DNA of 62,096 nt, counting the filler. It is 17 parts of 17 records of this genome, joined end to end, with 100 filler letters (N's around TTAATTAATTAA, not from the genome) between each part and the next. Parts side by side here need not be neighbours in the genome. Positions count along the whole stretch, not along the records: positions 1 to 7,096 come from SRR11831580_4348; positions 7,197 to 10,029 come from SRR11831580_4375; positions 10,130 to 12,211 come from SRR11831580_4379; positions 12,312 to 15,027 come from SRR11831580_4391; 13 more parts are not named here. One strand, written 5' to 3'. Both the position numbers and the translations under genes were made by a program. The notes beneath the pieces are model-generated. The model worked only from the letters and a program-made list of their open reading frames with translations. It had not been told where the DNA came from and searched no databases. Of the stretch, positions 1-13,473 are shown piece by piece. Positions within the stretch are counted from its first letter, which is position 1, and each line of letters opens with the position of its first letter.

Positions 1-25
1 GGGGCCTGCATATGGCCCCCTTTTT
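1..25 (+). terminator. Hairpin plus U-tract in the rpsB-tsf intergenic region
   Basis: GGGGCC-loop-GGCCCC followed by a T run, upstream of tsf. Confidence 0.6.
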
Positions 26-82
26 CACTTTTATATCTGTGCGGTTTAATGCCGGGCAGATCACATCTCCGAGGATTTTAGA

Positions 83-934
83 ATGGCTGAAATTACCGCA
101 TCCCTGGTAAAAGAGCTGCGTGAGCGTACTGGCGCAGGCATGATGGATTGCAAAAAAGCACTGACTGAAGCTAACGGCGACATCGAGCTGGCAATCGAAA
201 ACATGCGTAAGTCCGGTGCTATTAAAGCAGCGAAAAAAGCAGGCAACGTTGCTGCTGACGGCGTGATCAAAACCAAAATCGACGGCAACTACGGCATCAT
301 TCTGGAAGTTAACTGCCAGACTGACTTCGTTGCAAAAGACGCTGGTTTCCAGGCGTTCGCAGACAAAGTTCTGGACGCAGCTGTTGCTGGCAAAATCACT
401 GACGTTGAAGTTCTGAAAGCACAGTTCGAAGAAGAACGTGTTGCGCTGGTAGCGAAAATTGGTGAAAACATCAACATTCGCCGCGTTGCTGCGCTGGAAG
501 GCGACGTTCTGGGTTCTTATCAGCACGGTGCGCGTATCGGCGTTCTGGTTGCTGCTAAAGGCGCTGACGAAGAGCTGGTTAAACACATCGCTATGCACGT
601 TGCTGCAAGCAAGCCAGAATTCATCAAACCGGAAGACGTATCCGCTGAAGTGGTAGAAAAAGAATACCAGGTACAGCTGGATATCGCGATGCAGTCTGGT
701 AAGCCGAAAGAAATCGCAGAGAAAATGGTTGAAGGCCGCATGAAGAAATTCACCGGCGAAGTTTCTCTGACCGGTCAGCCGTTCGTTATGGAACCAAGCA
801 AAACTGTTGGTCAGCTGCTGAAAGAGCATAACGCTGAAGTGACTGGCTTCATCCGCTTCGAAGTGGGTGAAGGCATCGAGAAAGTTGAGACTGACTTTGC
901 AGCAGAAGTTGCTGCGATGTCCAAGCAGTCTTAA
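83..934 (+). CDS. tsf: Elongation factor Ts
   Basis: 283 aa, [27 protein letters not shown] and NCQTDFVA motifs. Confidence 0.99.
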
Positions 935-940
935 TTATCA

Positions 941-971
941 AAAAGGAGCCGCCTGAGGGCGGCTTCTTTTT
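941..971 (+). terminator. Rho-independent terminator after tsf
   Basis: GAGCCGCC-TGAG-GGCGGCTTC then T run. Confidence 0.85.
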
Positions 972-1080
972 GTGCCCATCTTGTAAATTCAGCTAACCCT
1001 TGTGGGGCTGCGCTGAAAAGCGACGTACAATGTCGCTAGTATTAATTCATTTCAATCGTTGACAGTCTCAGGAAAGAAAC

Positions 1081-1806
1081 ATGGCTACCAATGCAAAACC
1101 CGTCTATAAACGCATTCTGCTTAAGTTGAGTGGCGAAGCTCTGCAGGGCACTGAAGGCTTCGGTATTGATGCAAGCATACTGGATCGTATGGCTCAGGAA
1201 ATCAAAGAACTGGTTGAACTGGGTATTCAGGTTGGTGTGGTGATTGGTGGGGGTAACCTGTTCCGTGGCGCTGGTCTGGCGAAAGCGGGTATGAACCGCG
1301 TTGTGGGCGACCACATGGGGATGCTGGCGACCGTAATGAACGGCCTGGCAATGCGTGATGCACTGCACCGCGCCTATGTGAACGCTCGTCTGATGTCCGC
1401 TATTCCATTGAATGGCGTGTGCGACAGCTACAGCTGGGCAGAAGCTATCAGCCTGTTGCGCAACAACCGTGTGGTGATCCTCTCCGCCGGTACAGGTAAC
1501 CCGTTCTTTACCACCGACTCAGCAGCTTGCCTGCGTGGTATCGAAATTGAAGCCGATGTGGTGCTGAAAGCAACCAAAGTTGACGGCGTGTTTACCGCTG
1601 ATCCGGCGAAAGATCCAACCGCAACCATGTACGAGCAACTGACTTACAGCGAAGTGCTGGAAAAAGAGCTGAAAGTCATGGACCTGGCGGCCTTCACGCT
1701 GGCTCGTGACCATAAATTACCGATTCGTGTTTTCAATATGAACAAACCGGGTGCGCTGCGCCGTGTGGTAATGGGTGAAAAAGAAGGGACTTTAATCACG
1801 GAATAA
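1081..1806 (+). CDS. pyrH: UMP kinase
   Basis: 241 aa, [11 protein letters not shown] and [10 protein letters not shown] motifs; synteny tsf-pyrH-frr. Confidence 0.99.
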   Translation: MATNAKPVYKRILLKLSGEALQGTEGFGIDASILDRMAQEIKELVELGIQVGVVIGGGNLFRGAGLAKAGMNRVVGDHMGMLATVMNGLAMRDALHRAYVNARLMSAIPLNGVCDSYSWAEAISLLRNNRVVILSAGTGNPFFTTDSAACLRGIEIEADVVLKATKVDGVFTADPAKDPTATMYEQLTYSEVLEKELKVMDLAAFTLARDHKLPIRVFNMNKPGALRRVVMGEKEGTLITE

Positions 1807-2097
1807 TTCCCGTGATGGATAAATAAGGGTAAGATTCCGCGTAAGTATCGCGGGGGCGTAAGTCTGGTTATAAGGCGTTATTGTTGCAGGCAGTTTGGTC
1901 ACGGCCAGCGCGCAGCAACCGGAGCGTACAAAAGTACGTGAGGATGGCGAGCACTGCCCGGGGCCAAAATGGCAAATAAAATAGCCTAATAATCCAGACG
2001 ATTACCCGTAATATGTTTAATCAGGGCTATACTTAGCACACTTCCACTGTGTGTGACTGTCTGGTCTGACTGAGACAAGTTTTCAAGGATTCGTAAC

Positions 2098-2655
2098 GTG
2101 ATTAGCGATATCAGAAAAGATGCTGAAGTACGCATGGACAAATGCGTAGAAGCGTTCAAAACCCAAATCAGCAAAATACGCACGGGTCGTGCTTCTCCCA
2201 GCCTGCTGGATGGCATTGTCGTGGAATATTACGGCACGCCGACGCCGCTGCGTCAGCTGGCAAGCGTAACGGTAGAAGATTCCCGTACACTGAAAATCAA
2301 CGTGTTTGATCGTTCAATGTCTCCGGCCGTTGAAAAAGCGATTATGGCGTCCGATCTTGGCCTGAACCCGAACTCTGCGGGTAGCGACATCCGTGTTCCG
2401 CTGCCGCCGCTGACGGAAGAACGTCGTAAAGATCTGACCAAAATCGTTCGTGGTGAAGCAGAACAAGCGCGTGTTGCAGTACGTAACGTGCGTCGTGACG
2501 CGAACGACAAAGTGAAAGCACTGTTGAAAGATAAAGAGATCAGCGAAGACGACGATCGCCGTTCTCAGGACGATGTACAGAAACTGACTGATGCTGCAAT
2601 CAAGAAAATTGAAGCGGCGCTGGCAGACAAAGAAGCAGAACTGATGCAGTTCTGA
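2098..2655 (+). CDS. frr: Ribosome recycling factor
   Basis: 185 aa, GTG start, IRTGRASP motif. Confidence 0.99.
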
Positions 2656-2746
2656 TTTCTTGAACGACAAAAACGCCGCTCAGTAGATCCTTGCGGATCG
2701 GCTGGCGGCGTTTTGCTTTTTATTCTGTCTCAACTCTGGATGTTTC

Positions 2747-3943
2747 ATGAAGCAACTCACCATTCTGGGCTCGACCGGCTCGATTGGTTGCAGCACGCTG
2801 GACGTGGTGCGCCATAATCCCGAACACTTCCGCGTAGTTGCGCTGGTGGCAGGCAAAAATGTCACTCGCATGGTAGAACAGTGCCTGGAATTCTCTCCCC
2901 GCTATGCCGTAATGGACGATGAAGCGAGTGCGAAACTTCTTAAAACGATGCTACAGCAACAGGGTAGCCGCACCGAAGTCTTAAGTGGGCAACAAGCCGC
3001 TTGCGATATGGCAGCGCTTGAGGATGTTGATCAGGTGATGGCAGCCATTGTTGGCGCTGCTGGGCTGTTACCTACGCTTGCTGCGATCCGCGCGGGTAAA
3101 ACCATTTTGCTGGCCAATAAAGAATCACTGGTTACCTGCGGACGTCTGTTTATGGACGCCGTAAAGCAGAGCAAAGCGCAATTGTTACCGGTCGATAGCG
3201 AACATAACGCCATTTTTCAGAGTTTACCGCAACCTATCCAGCATAATCTGGGATACGCTGACCTTGAGCAAAATGGCGTGGTGTCCATTTTACTTACCGG
3301 GTCTGGTGGCCCTTTCCGTGAGACGCCATTGCGCGATTTGGCAACAATGACGCCGGATCAAGCCTGCCGTCATCCGAACTGGTCGATGGGGCGTAAAATT
3401 TCTGTCGATTCGGCTACCATGATGAACAAAGGTCTGGAATACATTGAAGCGCGTTGGCTGTTTAACGCCAGCGCCAGCCAGATGGAAGTGCTGATTCACC
3501 CGCAGTCAGTGATTCACTCAATGGTGCGCTATCAGGACGGCAGTGTTCTGGCGCAGCTGGGGGAACCGGATATGCGTACGCCAATTGCCCACACCATGGC
3601 ATGGCCGAATCGCGTGAACTCTGGCGTGAAGCCGCTCGATTTTTGCAAACTAAGTGCGTTGACATTTGCCGCACCGGATTATGATCGTTATCCATGCCTG
3701 AAACTGGCGATGGAGGCGTTCGAACAAGGCCAGGCAGCGACGACAGCATTGAATGCCGCAAACGAAATCACCGTTGCTGCTTTTCTTGCGCAACAAATCC
3801 GCTTTACGGATATCGCTGCGTTGAATTTATCCGTACTGGAAAAAATGGATATGCGCGAACCACAATGTGTGGACGATGTGTTATCTGTTGATGCGAACGC
3901 GCGTGAAGTCGCCAGAAAAGAGGTGATGCGTCTCGCAAGCTGA
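2747..3943 (+). CDS. dxr: 1-deoxy-D-xylulose 5-phosphate reductoisomerase
   Basis: 398 aa, [24 protein letters not shown] motifs. Confidence 0.99.
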
Positions 3944-4128
3944 GGATAATCCGGCTACAGAGAGTCGCGCTATTTGTTAGCGTAGGGCTTCAGTGATATA
4001 GTCTGCGCCATCTGATCGTAAGTAGTTGGCTTTATAAGGTCAGATATGCCGTGGTTTTACACGGCTTTTTTTTGTATAGGCTTCAGTATTCCTGAGTACC
4101 GTAAACCCTGTCAGGGAATAAAAAACGC

Positions 4129-4889
4129 GTGATGTTGTCTGCTACTCAACCACTTAGCGAAAAATTGCCAGCGCATGGCTGCCGTCATGTTGCGATCATT
4201 ATGGACGGCAATGGCCGCTGGGCAAAAAAGCAAGGGAAGATTCGTGCCTTTGGGCATAAAGCCGGGGCAAAATCCGTCCGCCGGGCTGTCTCTTTTGCGG
4301 CCAACAACGGTATTGAGGCGTTAACGCTGTATGCCTTTAGTAGTGAAAACTGGAACCGACCAGCGCAGGAAGTCAGTGCGTTAATGGAACTGTTTGTGTG
4401 GGCGCTCGATAGCGAAGTAAAAAGTCTGCACCGACATAACGTGCGTCTGCGTATTATTGGCGATACCAGTCGCTTTAACTCGCGTTTGCAAGAACGTATT
4501 CGTAAATCTGAAGCGCTAACAGCCGGGAATACCGGTCTGACGCTGAATATTGCGGCGAACTACGGTGGACGTTGGGATATAGTCCAGGGAGTCAGGCAAC
4601 TGGCTGAAAAGGTGCAGCAAGGAAACCTGCAACCAGATCAGATAGATGAAGAGATGCTAAACCAGCATGTCTGTATGCATGAACTGGCCCCTGTAGATTT
4701 AGTAATTAGGACTGGGGGGAGCATCGCATTAGTAACTTTTTGCTTTGGCAAATTGCCTATGCCGAACTTTACTTTACAGATGTTCTCTGGCCCGATTTCG
4801 ATGAACAAGACTTTGAAGGGGCGTTAAATGCCTTTGCTAATCGAGAGCGTCGTTTCGGCGGCACCGAGCCCGGTGATGAAACAGCCTGA
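4129..4889 (+). CDS. ispU: Undecaprenyl diphosphate synthase, apparent -1 frameshift in a G run at 4714-4719
   Basis: [12 protein letters not shown] and FSSENWNRP motifs; RTGG(E)HRISNF continues in another frame to TGA at 4887-4889. Confidence 0.95.
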
Positions 4890-4901
4890 TGGGGGTCGCT
4901 T

Positions 4902-5759
4902 TTGCTGAAGTATCGCCTGATATCTGCTTTTGTGTTAATACCCGTCGTCATCGCGGCGTTGTTTCTGTTGCCGCCGGTGGGGTTCGCCATTGTAACGCTG
5001 GTGGTCTGCATGCTGGCAGCGTGGGAATGGGGACAGCTTAGCGGTTTTACCACTCGTTCGCAGCGAGTATGGTTGGCGGTGTTATGCGGGTTATTGTTGG
5101 CGCTGATGCTTTTTCTGTTGCCGGAATATCACCGAAATATTCATCAACCGCTGGTTGAAATCTCACTTTGGGCTTCGCTGGGTTGGTGGATTGTCGCGCT
5201 ATTGCTGGTGCTGTTTTACCCAGGTTCCGCAGCAATCTGGCGTAACTCTAAAACATTGCGCCTTATTTTTGGCGTGCTAACCATTGTTCCCTTCTTCTGG
5301 GGCATGCTGGCGTTACGGGCCTGGCACTATGACGAGAATCATTACAGTGGCGCAATATGGCTGCTCTATGTCATGATCCTGGTATGGGGCGCTGACTCCG
5401 GCGCATATATGTTTGGCAAATTGTTTGGTAAACATAAGCTGGCACCGAAGGTTTCTCCGGGTAAAACCTGGCAAGGCTTTATCGGTGGACTCGCTACTGC
5501 AGCGGTAATCTCATGGGGTTATGGCATGTGGGCGAATCTCGACGTCGCTCCCGTCACCTTACTCATTTGCTCTATTGTCGCAGCGTTAGCCTCAGTGCTC
5601 GGCGATCTGACCGAGAGTATGTTTAAGCGTGAAGCAGGAATTAAGGACAGCGGTCATTTAATTCCAGGACACGGTGGTATTTTAGATCGTATTGATAGCC
5701 TGACGGCTGCGGTACCGGTCTTTGCTTGCTTGTTGTTACTGGTATTCAGGACGCTTTAA
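4902..5759 (+). CDS. cdsA: Phosphatidate cytidylyltransferase
   Basis: 285 aa, SPGKTWQG and [13 protein letters not shown] motifs. Confidence 0.98.
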
Positions 5760-5770
5760 CGGAAGGTAAT

Positions 5771-7096
5771 ATGCTGAGTTTTCTCTGGGATTTGGCTTCG
5801 TTCATCGTTGCACTGGGTGTACTTATCACCGTGCATGAATTTGGTCATTTCTGGGTTGCCCGGCGTTGTGGTGTTCGCGTTGAGCGTTTCTCAATAGGGT
5901 TTGGTAAGGCGCTCTGGCGGCGAACTGATAAGCTCGGCACCGAATATGTTATCGCCCTGATCCCGTTGGGCGGTTATGTCAAAATGCTGGATGAGCGCGC
6001 AGAACCGGTCGTTCCGGAACTCCGCCACCATGCCTTCAATAATAAATCTGTCGGCCAACGAGCGGCGATTATTGCCGCAGGTCCGGTTGCAAACTTCATT
6101 TTTGCTATCTTTGCCTACTGGCTGGTTTTTATTATTGGTGTGCCTGGCGTACGTCCGGTGGTTGGCGAAATAGCAGCCAATTCGATAGCTGCGGAAGCAC
6201 AAATTGCACCAGGTACGGAACTAAAAGCCGTAGATGGTATCGAAACGCCTGATTGGGATGCCGTGCGTTTGCAGTTGGTCGATAAAATTGGCGATGAAAG
6301 CACCACCATTACAGTAGCGCCATTTGGCAGCGACCAACGGCGGGATGTAAAGCTCGATTTACGTCACTGGGCGTTTGAGCCTGATAAAGAAGATCCGGTA
6401 TCTTCGCTGGGGATTCGTCCTCGTGGGCCGCAAATTGAACCTGTACTGGAAAATGTGCAGCCAAACTCGGCGGCAAGCAAGGCAGGTTTGCAAGCAGGCG
6501 ACAGGATCGTTAAAGTCGATGGTCAGCCCTTAACGCAGTGGGTGACCTTTGTGATGCTTGTCCGGGATAACCCGGGTAAATCCTTAGCGTTAGAAATCGA
6601 AAGGCAGGGGAGTCCCTTGTCTTTGACATTAATCCCGGAGAGTAAACCGGGTAATGGTAAAGCGATTGGTTTTGTCGGTATTGAGCCGAAAGTCATTCCT
6701 TTGCCAGATGAGTATAAAGTTGTACGCCAGTATGGGCCGTTCAACGCCATCGTCGAAGCCACGGACAAAACGTGGCAGCTGATGAAGCTGACGGTCAGTA
6801 TGCTGGGAAAATTGATCACCGGTGATGTGAAACTGAACAACCTCAGTGGGCCGATCTCTATCGCCAAGGGGGCTGGGATGACAGCGGAACTCGGGGTTGT
6901 TTATTACCTGCCGTTTCTTGCGCTTATTAGCGTGAACTTAGGGATAATTAACCTGTTTCCGTTGCCCGTACTTGACGGGGGGCATCTGCTGTTCCTTGCG
7001 ATCGAAAAGATCAAGGGCGGACCGGTATCCGAGCGGGTTCAAGACTTTTGTTATCGCATTGGCTCGATTCTGCTGGTGCTGTTAATGGGGCTTGCA
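5771..7096 (+). CDS. rseP: Intramembrane zinc protease RseP, 3' truncated by contig end
   Basis: HEFGH, two PDZ domains, [11 protein letters not shown]. Confidence 0.98.
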
Positions 7097-7196
7097 NNNN
7101 NNNNNNNNNNNNNNNNNNNNNNNNNNNNNNNNNNNNNNNNTTAATTAATTAANNNNNNNNNNNNNNNNNNNNNNNNNNNNNNNNNNNNNNNNNNNN
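7097..7196. other. Artificial contig spacer. Identical spacers at 10030, 12212, 15028, 17466, 20760, 23096, 26200, 28423, 31832, 34053, 36589, 39308, 42864, 47951 and 56474 (each 100 bp)
   Basis: 44 N + TTAATTAATTAA + 44 N; genes are truncated at these points. Confidence 0.99.
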
Positions 7197-7222
7197 CCCT
7201 GTGTGCCTTGCCTCCCACGACT
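7197..7222 (+). other. 454 adaptor-B-type remnant
   Basis: CCCTGTGTGCCTTGCCTCCCACGACT fused to fucO; CCCTGTGTGCCTTG is the 454 B primer core. Confidence 0.85.
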
Positions 7223-7995
7223 CGACCAATAAACCCAGTGTACCGATTCTGGCAATTCCTACCACAGCAGGTACTGCGGCAGAAGTGACCATTAACTACG
7301 TGATCACTGACGAAGAGAAACGGCGCAAGTTTGTTTGCGTTGATCCGCATGATATCCCGCAGGTGGCGTTTATTGACGCTGACATGATGGATGGTATGCC
7401 TCCAGCGCTGAAAGCTGCGACGGGTGTCGATGCGCTCACTCATGCTATTGAGGGGTATATTACCCGTGGCGCGTGGGCGCTAACCGATGCACTGCACATT
7501 AAAGCGATTGAAATCATTGCTGGGGCGCTGCGAGGATCGGTTGCTGGTGATAAGGATGCCGGAGAAGAAATGGCGCTCGGGCAGTATGTTGCGGGTATGG
7601 GCTTCTCGAATGTTGGGTTAGGGTTGGTGCATGGTATGGCGCATCCACTGGGCGCGTTTTATAACACTCCACACGGTGTTGCGAACGCCATCCTGTTACC
7701 GCATGTCATGCGTTATAACGCTGACTTTACCGGTGAGAAGTACCGCGATATCGCGCGCGTTATGGGCGTGAAAGTGGAAGGTATGAGCCTGGAAGAGGCG
7801 CGTAATGCCGCTGTTGAAGCGGTGTTTGCTCTCAACCGTGATGTCGGTATTCCGCCACATTTGCGTGATGTTGGTGTACGCAAGGAAGACATTCCGGCAC
7901 TGGCGCAGGCGGCACTGGATGATGTTTGTACCGGTGGCAACCCGCGTGAAGCAACGCTTGAGGATATTGTAGAGCTTTACCATACCGCCTGGTAA
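7223..7995 (+). CDS. fucO: Lactaldehyde reductase (L-1,2-propanediol oxidoreductase), 5' truncated
   Basis: IPTTAGTAAE, DALTHAIE, HGMAHPLG iron-ADH motifs; adjacent to xni. Confidence 0.97.
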
Positions 7996-8013
7996 ATGCG
8001 CTGATGTGATAAT

Positions 8014-8043
8014 GCCGGATACGACGTTTGCGGCGTATCCGGC
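8014..8043. repeat. REP-like palindrome between convergent fucO and xni
   Basis: GCCGGATACG...CGTATCCGGC. Confidence 0.75.
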
Positions 8044-8049
8044 TCGCCG

Positions 8050-8916
<867 letters not shown>

Positions 8917-10029
8917 TTAATCGCAGGCAACGATCTTCATTGCCAGGCCGCCGCGAGAGGTTTCGCGGTACTTGGCGTTCATATCTTTACCTGTTTCGTA
9001 CATGGTTTCGATAACTTTATCGAGGCAGACGCGCGGCTCGCTGGTACGGCGCAGCGCCATACGTGCGGCGTTCACCGCTTTTACTGCCGCAATGGCGTTA
9101 CGCTCGATGCATGGCACCTGTACCTGTCCGGCGACCGGGTCACACGTCAGACCGAGGTTGTGCTCCATGGCGATTTCCGCCGCGATGCACACCTGCGCCG
9201 GGCTTGCGCCTAATAGTTCTGCCAGACCAGCCGCCGCCATTGAGCACGCCACGCCAACTTCACCCTGGCAACCCACTTCAGCACCAGAAATCGACGCGTT
9301 CATCTTATAAAGAGAACCAATGGCGCTGGCTACCAGCAGGTAACGAGCCAGTGAGTTAGCGTTCACTTCGCGGATAAACTTGTCGTAGTACGCCAGAACT
9401 GCCGGGATAATCCCGCACGCACCGTTAGTCGGCGCAGTCACCACGCGACCGCCAGCAGCGTTCTCTTCGTTCACTGCCAGTGCAAACATGTTGATCCAGT
9501 CAACAACCGCCATCGGGTCAGTGGTGGTTTTATCCTGGCTGACCAGCATCCGGCGTAGTGCCGCAGCACGGCGTGGAACGCGCAGTTTGCCAGGCAACAC
9601 GCCTTCGGTGGAAATACCGCGCTCAATACCGCCGCGCATGACTTCCCAGACGTTCGCCAGGTGCTGTTCCAGCTCTTCTTTGCTGTGCAGCGCCAGCTCG
9701 TTTTTCATCATCAGGCCAGAGAGTGACAGCCCGGTTTCCTGACAATGTTTTTGCAGATCGGCTGCTGAACTGTACGGATAAGGAACTTCAACCGGTGCGC
9801 TATCCTGCTGGCCAAAATGCTCTTCATCAACGATAAAGCCACCGCCAATAGAGTAGTAAGTCTGGCTGTAAACGACTTTATCGCCCGCCAGCGCGGTAAT
9901 GCGCATACCGTTTTCATGCAGAGAAAGGTTGTCGGCGTGGAAGTTCATGCACTGATCAACCGGGAACTCCACTTCATGCTGACCGTTTGCCAGCATCAGG
10001 CGACCATGAGTATTCACATCCTGAATAAA
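8917..10029 (-). CDS. sdaB: L-serine deaminase II, 5' truncated
   Basis: VTAPTNGACG, GAEVGCQGEVG, LTCDPVAGQVQVPC motifs; synteny with xni. Confidence 0.95.
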   Translation of the reverse strand, partial: FIQDVNTHGRLMLANGQHEVEFPVDQCMNFHADNLSLHENGMRITALAGDKVVYSQTYYSIGGGFIVDEEHFGQQDSAPVEVPYPYSSAADLQKHCQETGLSLSGLMMKNELALHSKEELEQHLANVWEVMRGGIERGISTEGVLPGKLRVPRRAAALRRMLVSQDKTTTDPMAVVDWINMFALAVNEENAAGGRVVTAPTNGACGIIPAVLAYYDKFIREVNANSLARYLLVASAIGSLYKMNASISGAEVGCQGEVGVACSMAAAGLAELLGASPAQVCIAAEIAMEHNLGLTCDPVAGQVQVPCIERNAIAAVKAVNAARMALRRTSEPRVCLDKVIETMYETGKDMNAKYRETSRGGLAMKIVACD

Positions 10030-10279
10030 NNNNNNNNNNNNNNNNNNNNNNNNNNNNNNNNNNNNNNNNNNNNTTAATTAATTAANNNNNNNNNNNNNNN
10101 NNNNNNNNNNNNNNNNNNNNNNNNNNNNNACCCAGAGATCAATGATTTCGTGTCGTATGACAAAAAGAAGAGATACGAGATGAACGATACATGTGTTCGT
10201 ATCGGCACGAAATTGAACAGTGCCAACCACAAGGCGGGTAGGTATAATCAAAGTGAAAAAAATACTAATTGGTACGTAC

Positions 10280-12073
10280 TCGCGCTGTTGGTGAAAGTTG
10301 AGCCCGCGGTTGAAGCCCTCTTTCAGATAGCGATACCCATTCCAAACGGACCCCACGCAAATCACACGCAAGCCTGGCACGGAGCACACACACAAACACA
10401 CTCACATACGGATGTATAGGTGTATACGGTGAGATAATCGTCCAGAACAGCGTTTTGAGGTACCAACAAACGGAGGAAGGTGGAACAGATGCACCCCACT
10501 TGGTTATTACGGACAGCACACGCACCATCTCGCAGCAGTGTGTGGTCCGCCTTCTCCCATAACGCACCCAGCATGCGACCCAATCGTTCCCCGGCCTTGG
10601 TCAAAATCTGCAGACAGCTCATGTCCTGTTGTGCGGCACCCTCAAATACGCACACCGCAAAGGAAGCAATCTGCGCCTTGCTGAATTGTTTGTAAAGAAG
10701 ATTGAGCATATCGCGGTGTTCGTTCAGCTGCACACAATGGTGCGCATCAGATTCAAACTCACAATACGGCACAAGCATATCTTTCAGCAGAGATTTACAT
10801 ATTGATACCCCATGCAGCCATGATACGGGTCAACTGAAATCCACAAGAAGTGATTCGTACACAATCATATTGCTCGAGAAAGGTTTTCGTACTTTGAAGT
10901 GGGCGAACATTGCGGTACGCAGATAGCTGGTGTCTTCTTTAACGATGCCGTCAATGCCACGAAACACCCGTTTGATGGCCTACGTCATACAAGCTGTGAT
11001 GAGCATCTCTGGACCACACCGAACGGGCACAACAACAGGAAAAGAATTTGCTACGCATATAATTGGTAGTACCGCACGCATATCACAACATACAAAACCC
11101 ACGCATTATAACAAAACACTAACACTAGCAGGCATCATGTGCATCTCTCACCAGCACCAAACGTAACGACAAGCACATCCAACATCCAAGCTCAACATTC
11201 ACCACAAACCACCTCCACCACAGAACATCCATTCATCAGCACGCTGTGTACCTTAGCTGCAATATCGTACGCGCTGCCCTCGTCCCCAATAAGATGGCCC
11301 CAGCCCCCGCTTCGGTGCCGCACCCCGTCTGGGTTTACAAGGCGGGCCGCACTGCCTGTGCCGCTGATAATCACCACACCGCCTGAGCAAAGTACGCGTA
11401 GACACACCGTGAGAACAGTGGGTATGATGATGAAGAAGATGGCGGGATGCTTTTGAATTCTAGAATCAGTGGTTACCCGCAGCGAAGAACTGCGAAGTAG
11501 ACACACAGCGCGATAACACACATCCAAACATGTACCGTTCACAGTGCCTGTTGCGAGCGCACCCATCGTATCGTCGCACACATGGTACGCTTCACTGAGA
11601 GAGGGGCACGTTTGCATCAATAGCGATCGCAGTATTTGCTGATTCGTCTCCAGCTCCATCCCGGACAGAGCCAGCCCCTGTGAGACGCAGAAAAGCACGT
11701 GAGAACGGAGAATAATAGGGTGTTGGGGTAGAGAGAAAGCAAAACACAACCAAAAACACATACCACGCTAGTGAGAGGGGTGTCGACAGACAGTCCGGCC
11801 AGCTGTTTCGCTTGATTTATCATGGAGATAATGTTTTGAGCGGTTTGCTCCATCCCAAGAACCTGAATACAGTCAGACATATTTCAGGAGATGGACACCC
11901 AGACGTACCCAATGATTCGTTTCGCCTCCTTCAACGCGTGCGATGATGGCTCCATTTCCATTTAACAGCACGCAAGTAGAGTGGGTGGCTCCGCTACAAT
12001 TCCGCGTGTAAGACGTTTTCAATCAGTTGTTTGCATCATACCCCTCAACCCCGCCGTAAACGTTGGCCGACAT
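10280..12073 (-). CDS. NAGK: Eukaryotic N-acetylglucosamine kinase with spliceosomal introns. Exons 12073-12042, 11993-11909, 11862-11764, 11677-11536, 11382-11252, 10979-10893, 10727-10526, 10373-10280; 3' end missing
   Basis: Splicing at GT-AG gives an open frame MSANVYGGVEGGATHS..TNHW..GLALSG..GGVVIISGTGS..GGWGHLIGDEGSAY..ICVGSVW..LKEGF, typical of animal-type NAGK. Confidence 0.9.
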
Positions 12074-12311
12074 CGCGCAGATCTGTGGAACGAGTTCTTC
12101 ACCAACTATCGATATGGATATATACAACTATGAACGAAGCTTCCACCCCAGCGCATTCTAATGTACGAACCGGCGACTCTTCGCGTCGGAAGTAGCGAAG
12201 CGGTATATCTANNNNNNNNNNNNNNNNNNNNNNNNNNNNNNNNNNNNNNNNNNNNTTAATTAATTAANNNNNNNNNNNNNNNNNNNNNNNNNNNNNNNNN
12301 NNNNNNNNNNN

Positions 12312-12483
<172 letters not shown>

Positions 12484-12503
12484 TCAATCGCTCAATGACC
12501 TGA

Positions 12504-13020
<517 letters not shown>

Positions 13021-13052
13021 GCGTATTGCTAGTAAAGTAAACAGCCTTCGGG

Positions 13053-13472
13053 TTATCTCTCAAGTTCGTTCAGTGCATTTTTGACACGCTCTCTTAAACC
13101 GGCTTTCTCTTCGCTTTCTTCCACAGTATTTTCTTCGTCTTCAGAAGAAGAGGGGGCATTCTCAACCGCGACGCCTGGGTCATCTTCCTCCTCGACGGAT
13201 TCGACGACGGGGAGTGGCTGTTTTTTGAAGAAATAGTGTTGTGTTGATTGTTTAAAAGCGGGCGTTTCAGCCTCTACAGTGACTTCGGCTTTTACTATCC
13301 AAAGCACCCATAGCTGCCTGGCATACCCACCAACCAGCACCATTCCTGCAAACCACAGGCAAATCAGTAATAAACAAATTACATATATTATGGTGCTGTG
13401 TTTTTGTCGGGAGAAGATACCAGGGTGACCTGTTTCTTTCTGCTCACGCGCGGCGATATAGAATTCAAACAT
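13053..13472 (-). CDS. gspB: General secretion pathway protein B (PioO)
   Basis: 139 aa, single TM segment, acidic C-terminus, lies between gspA and rpsJ. Confidence 0.92.
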   Translation of the reverse strand: MFEFYIAAREQKETGHPGIFSRQKHSTIIYVICLLLICLWFAGMVLVGGYARQLWVLWIVKAEVTVEAETPAFKQSTQHYFFKKQPLPVVESVEEEDDPGVAVENAPSSSEDEENTVEESEEKAGLRERVKNALNELER

Positions 13473-13473
13473 G

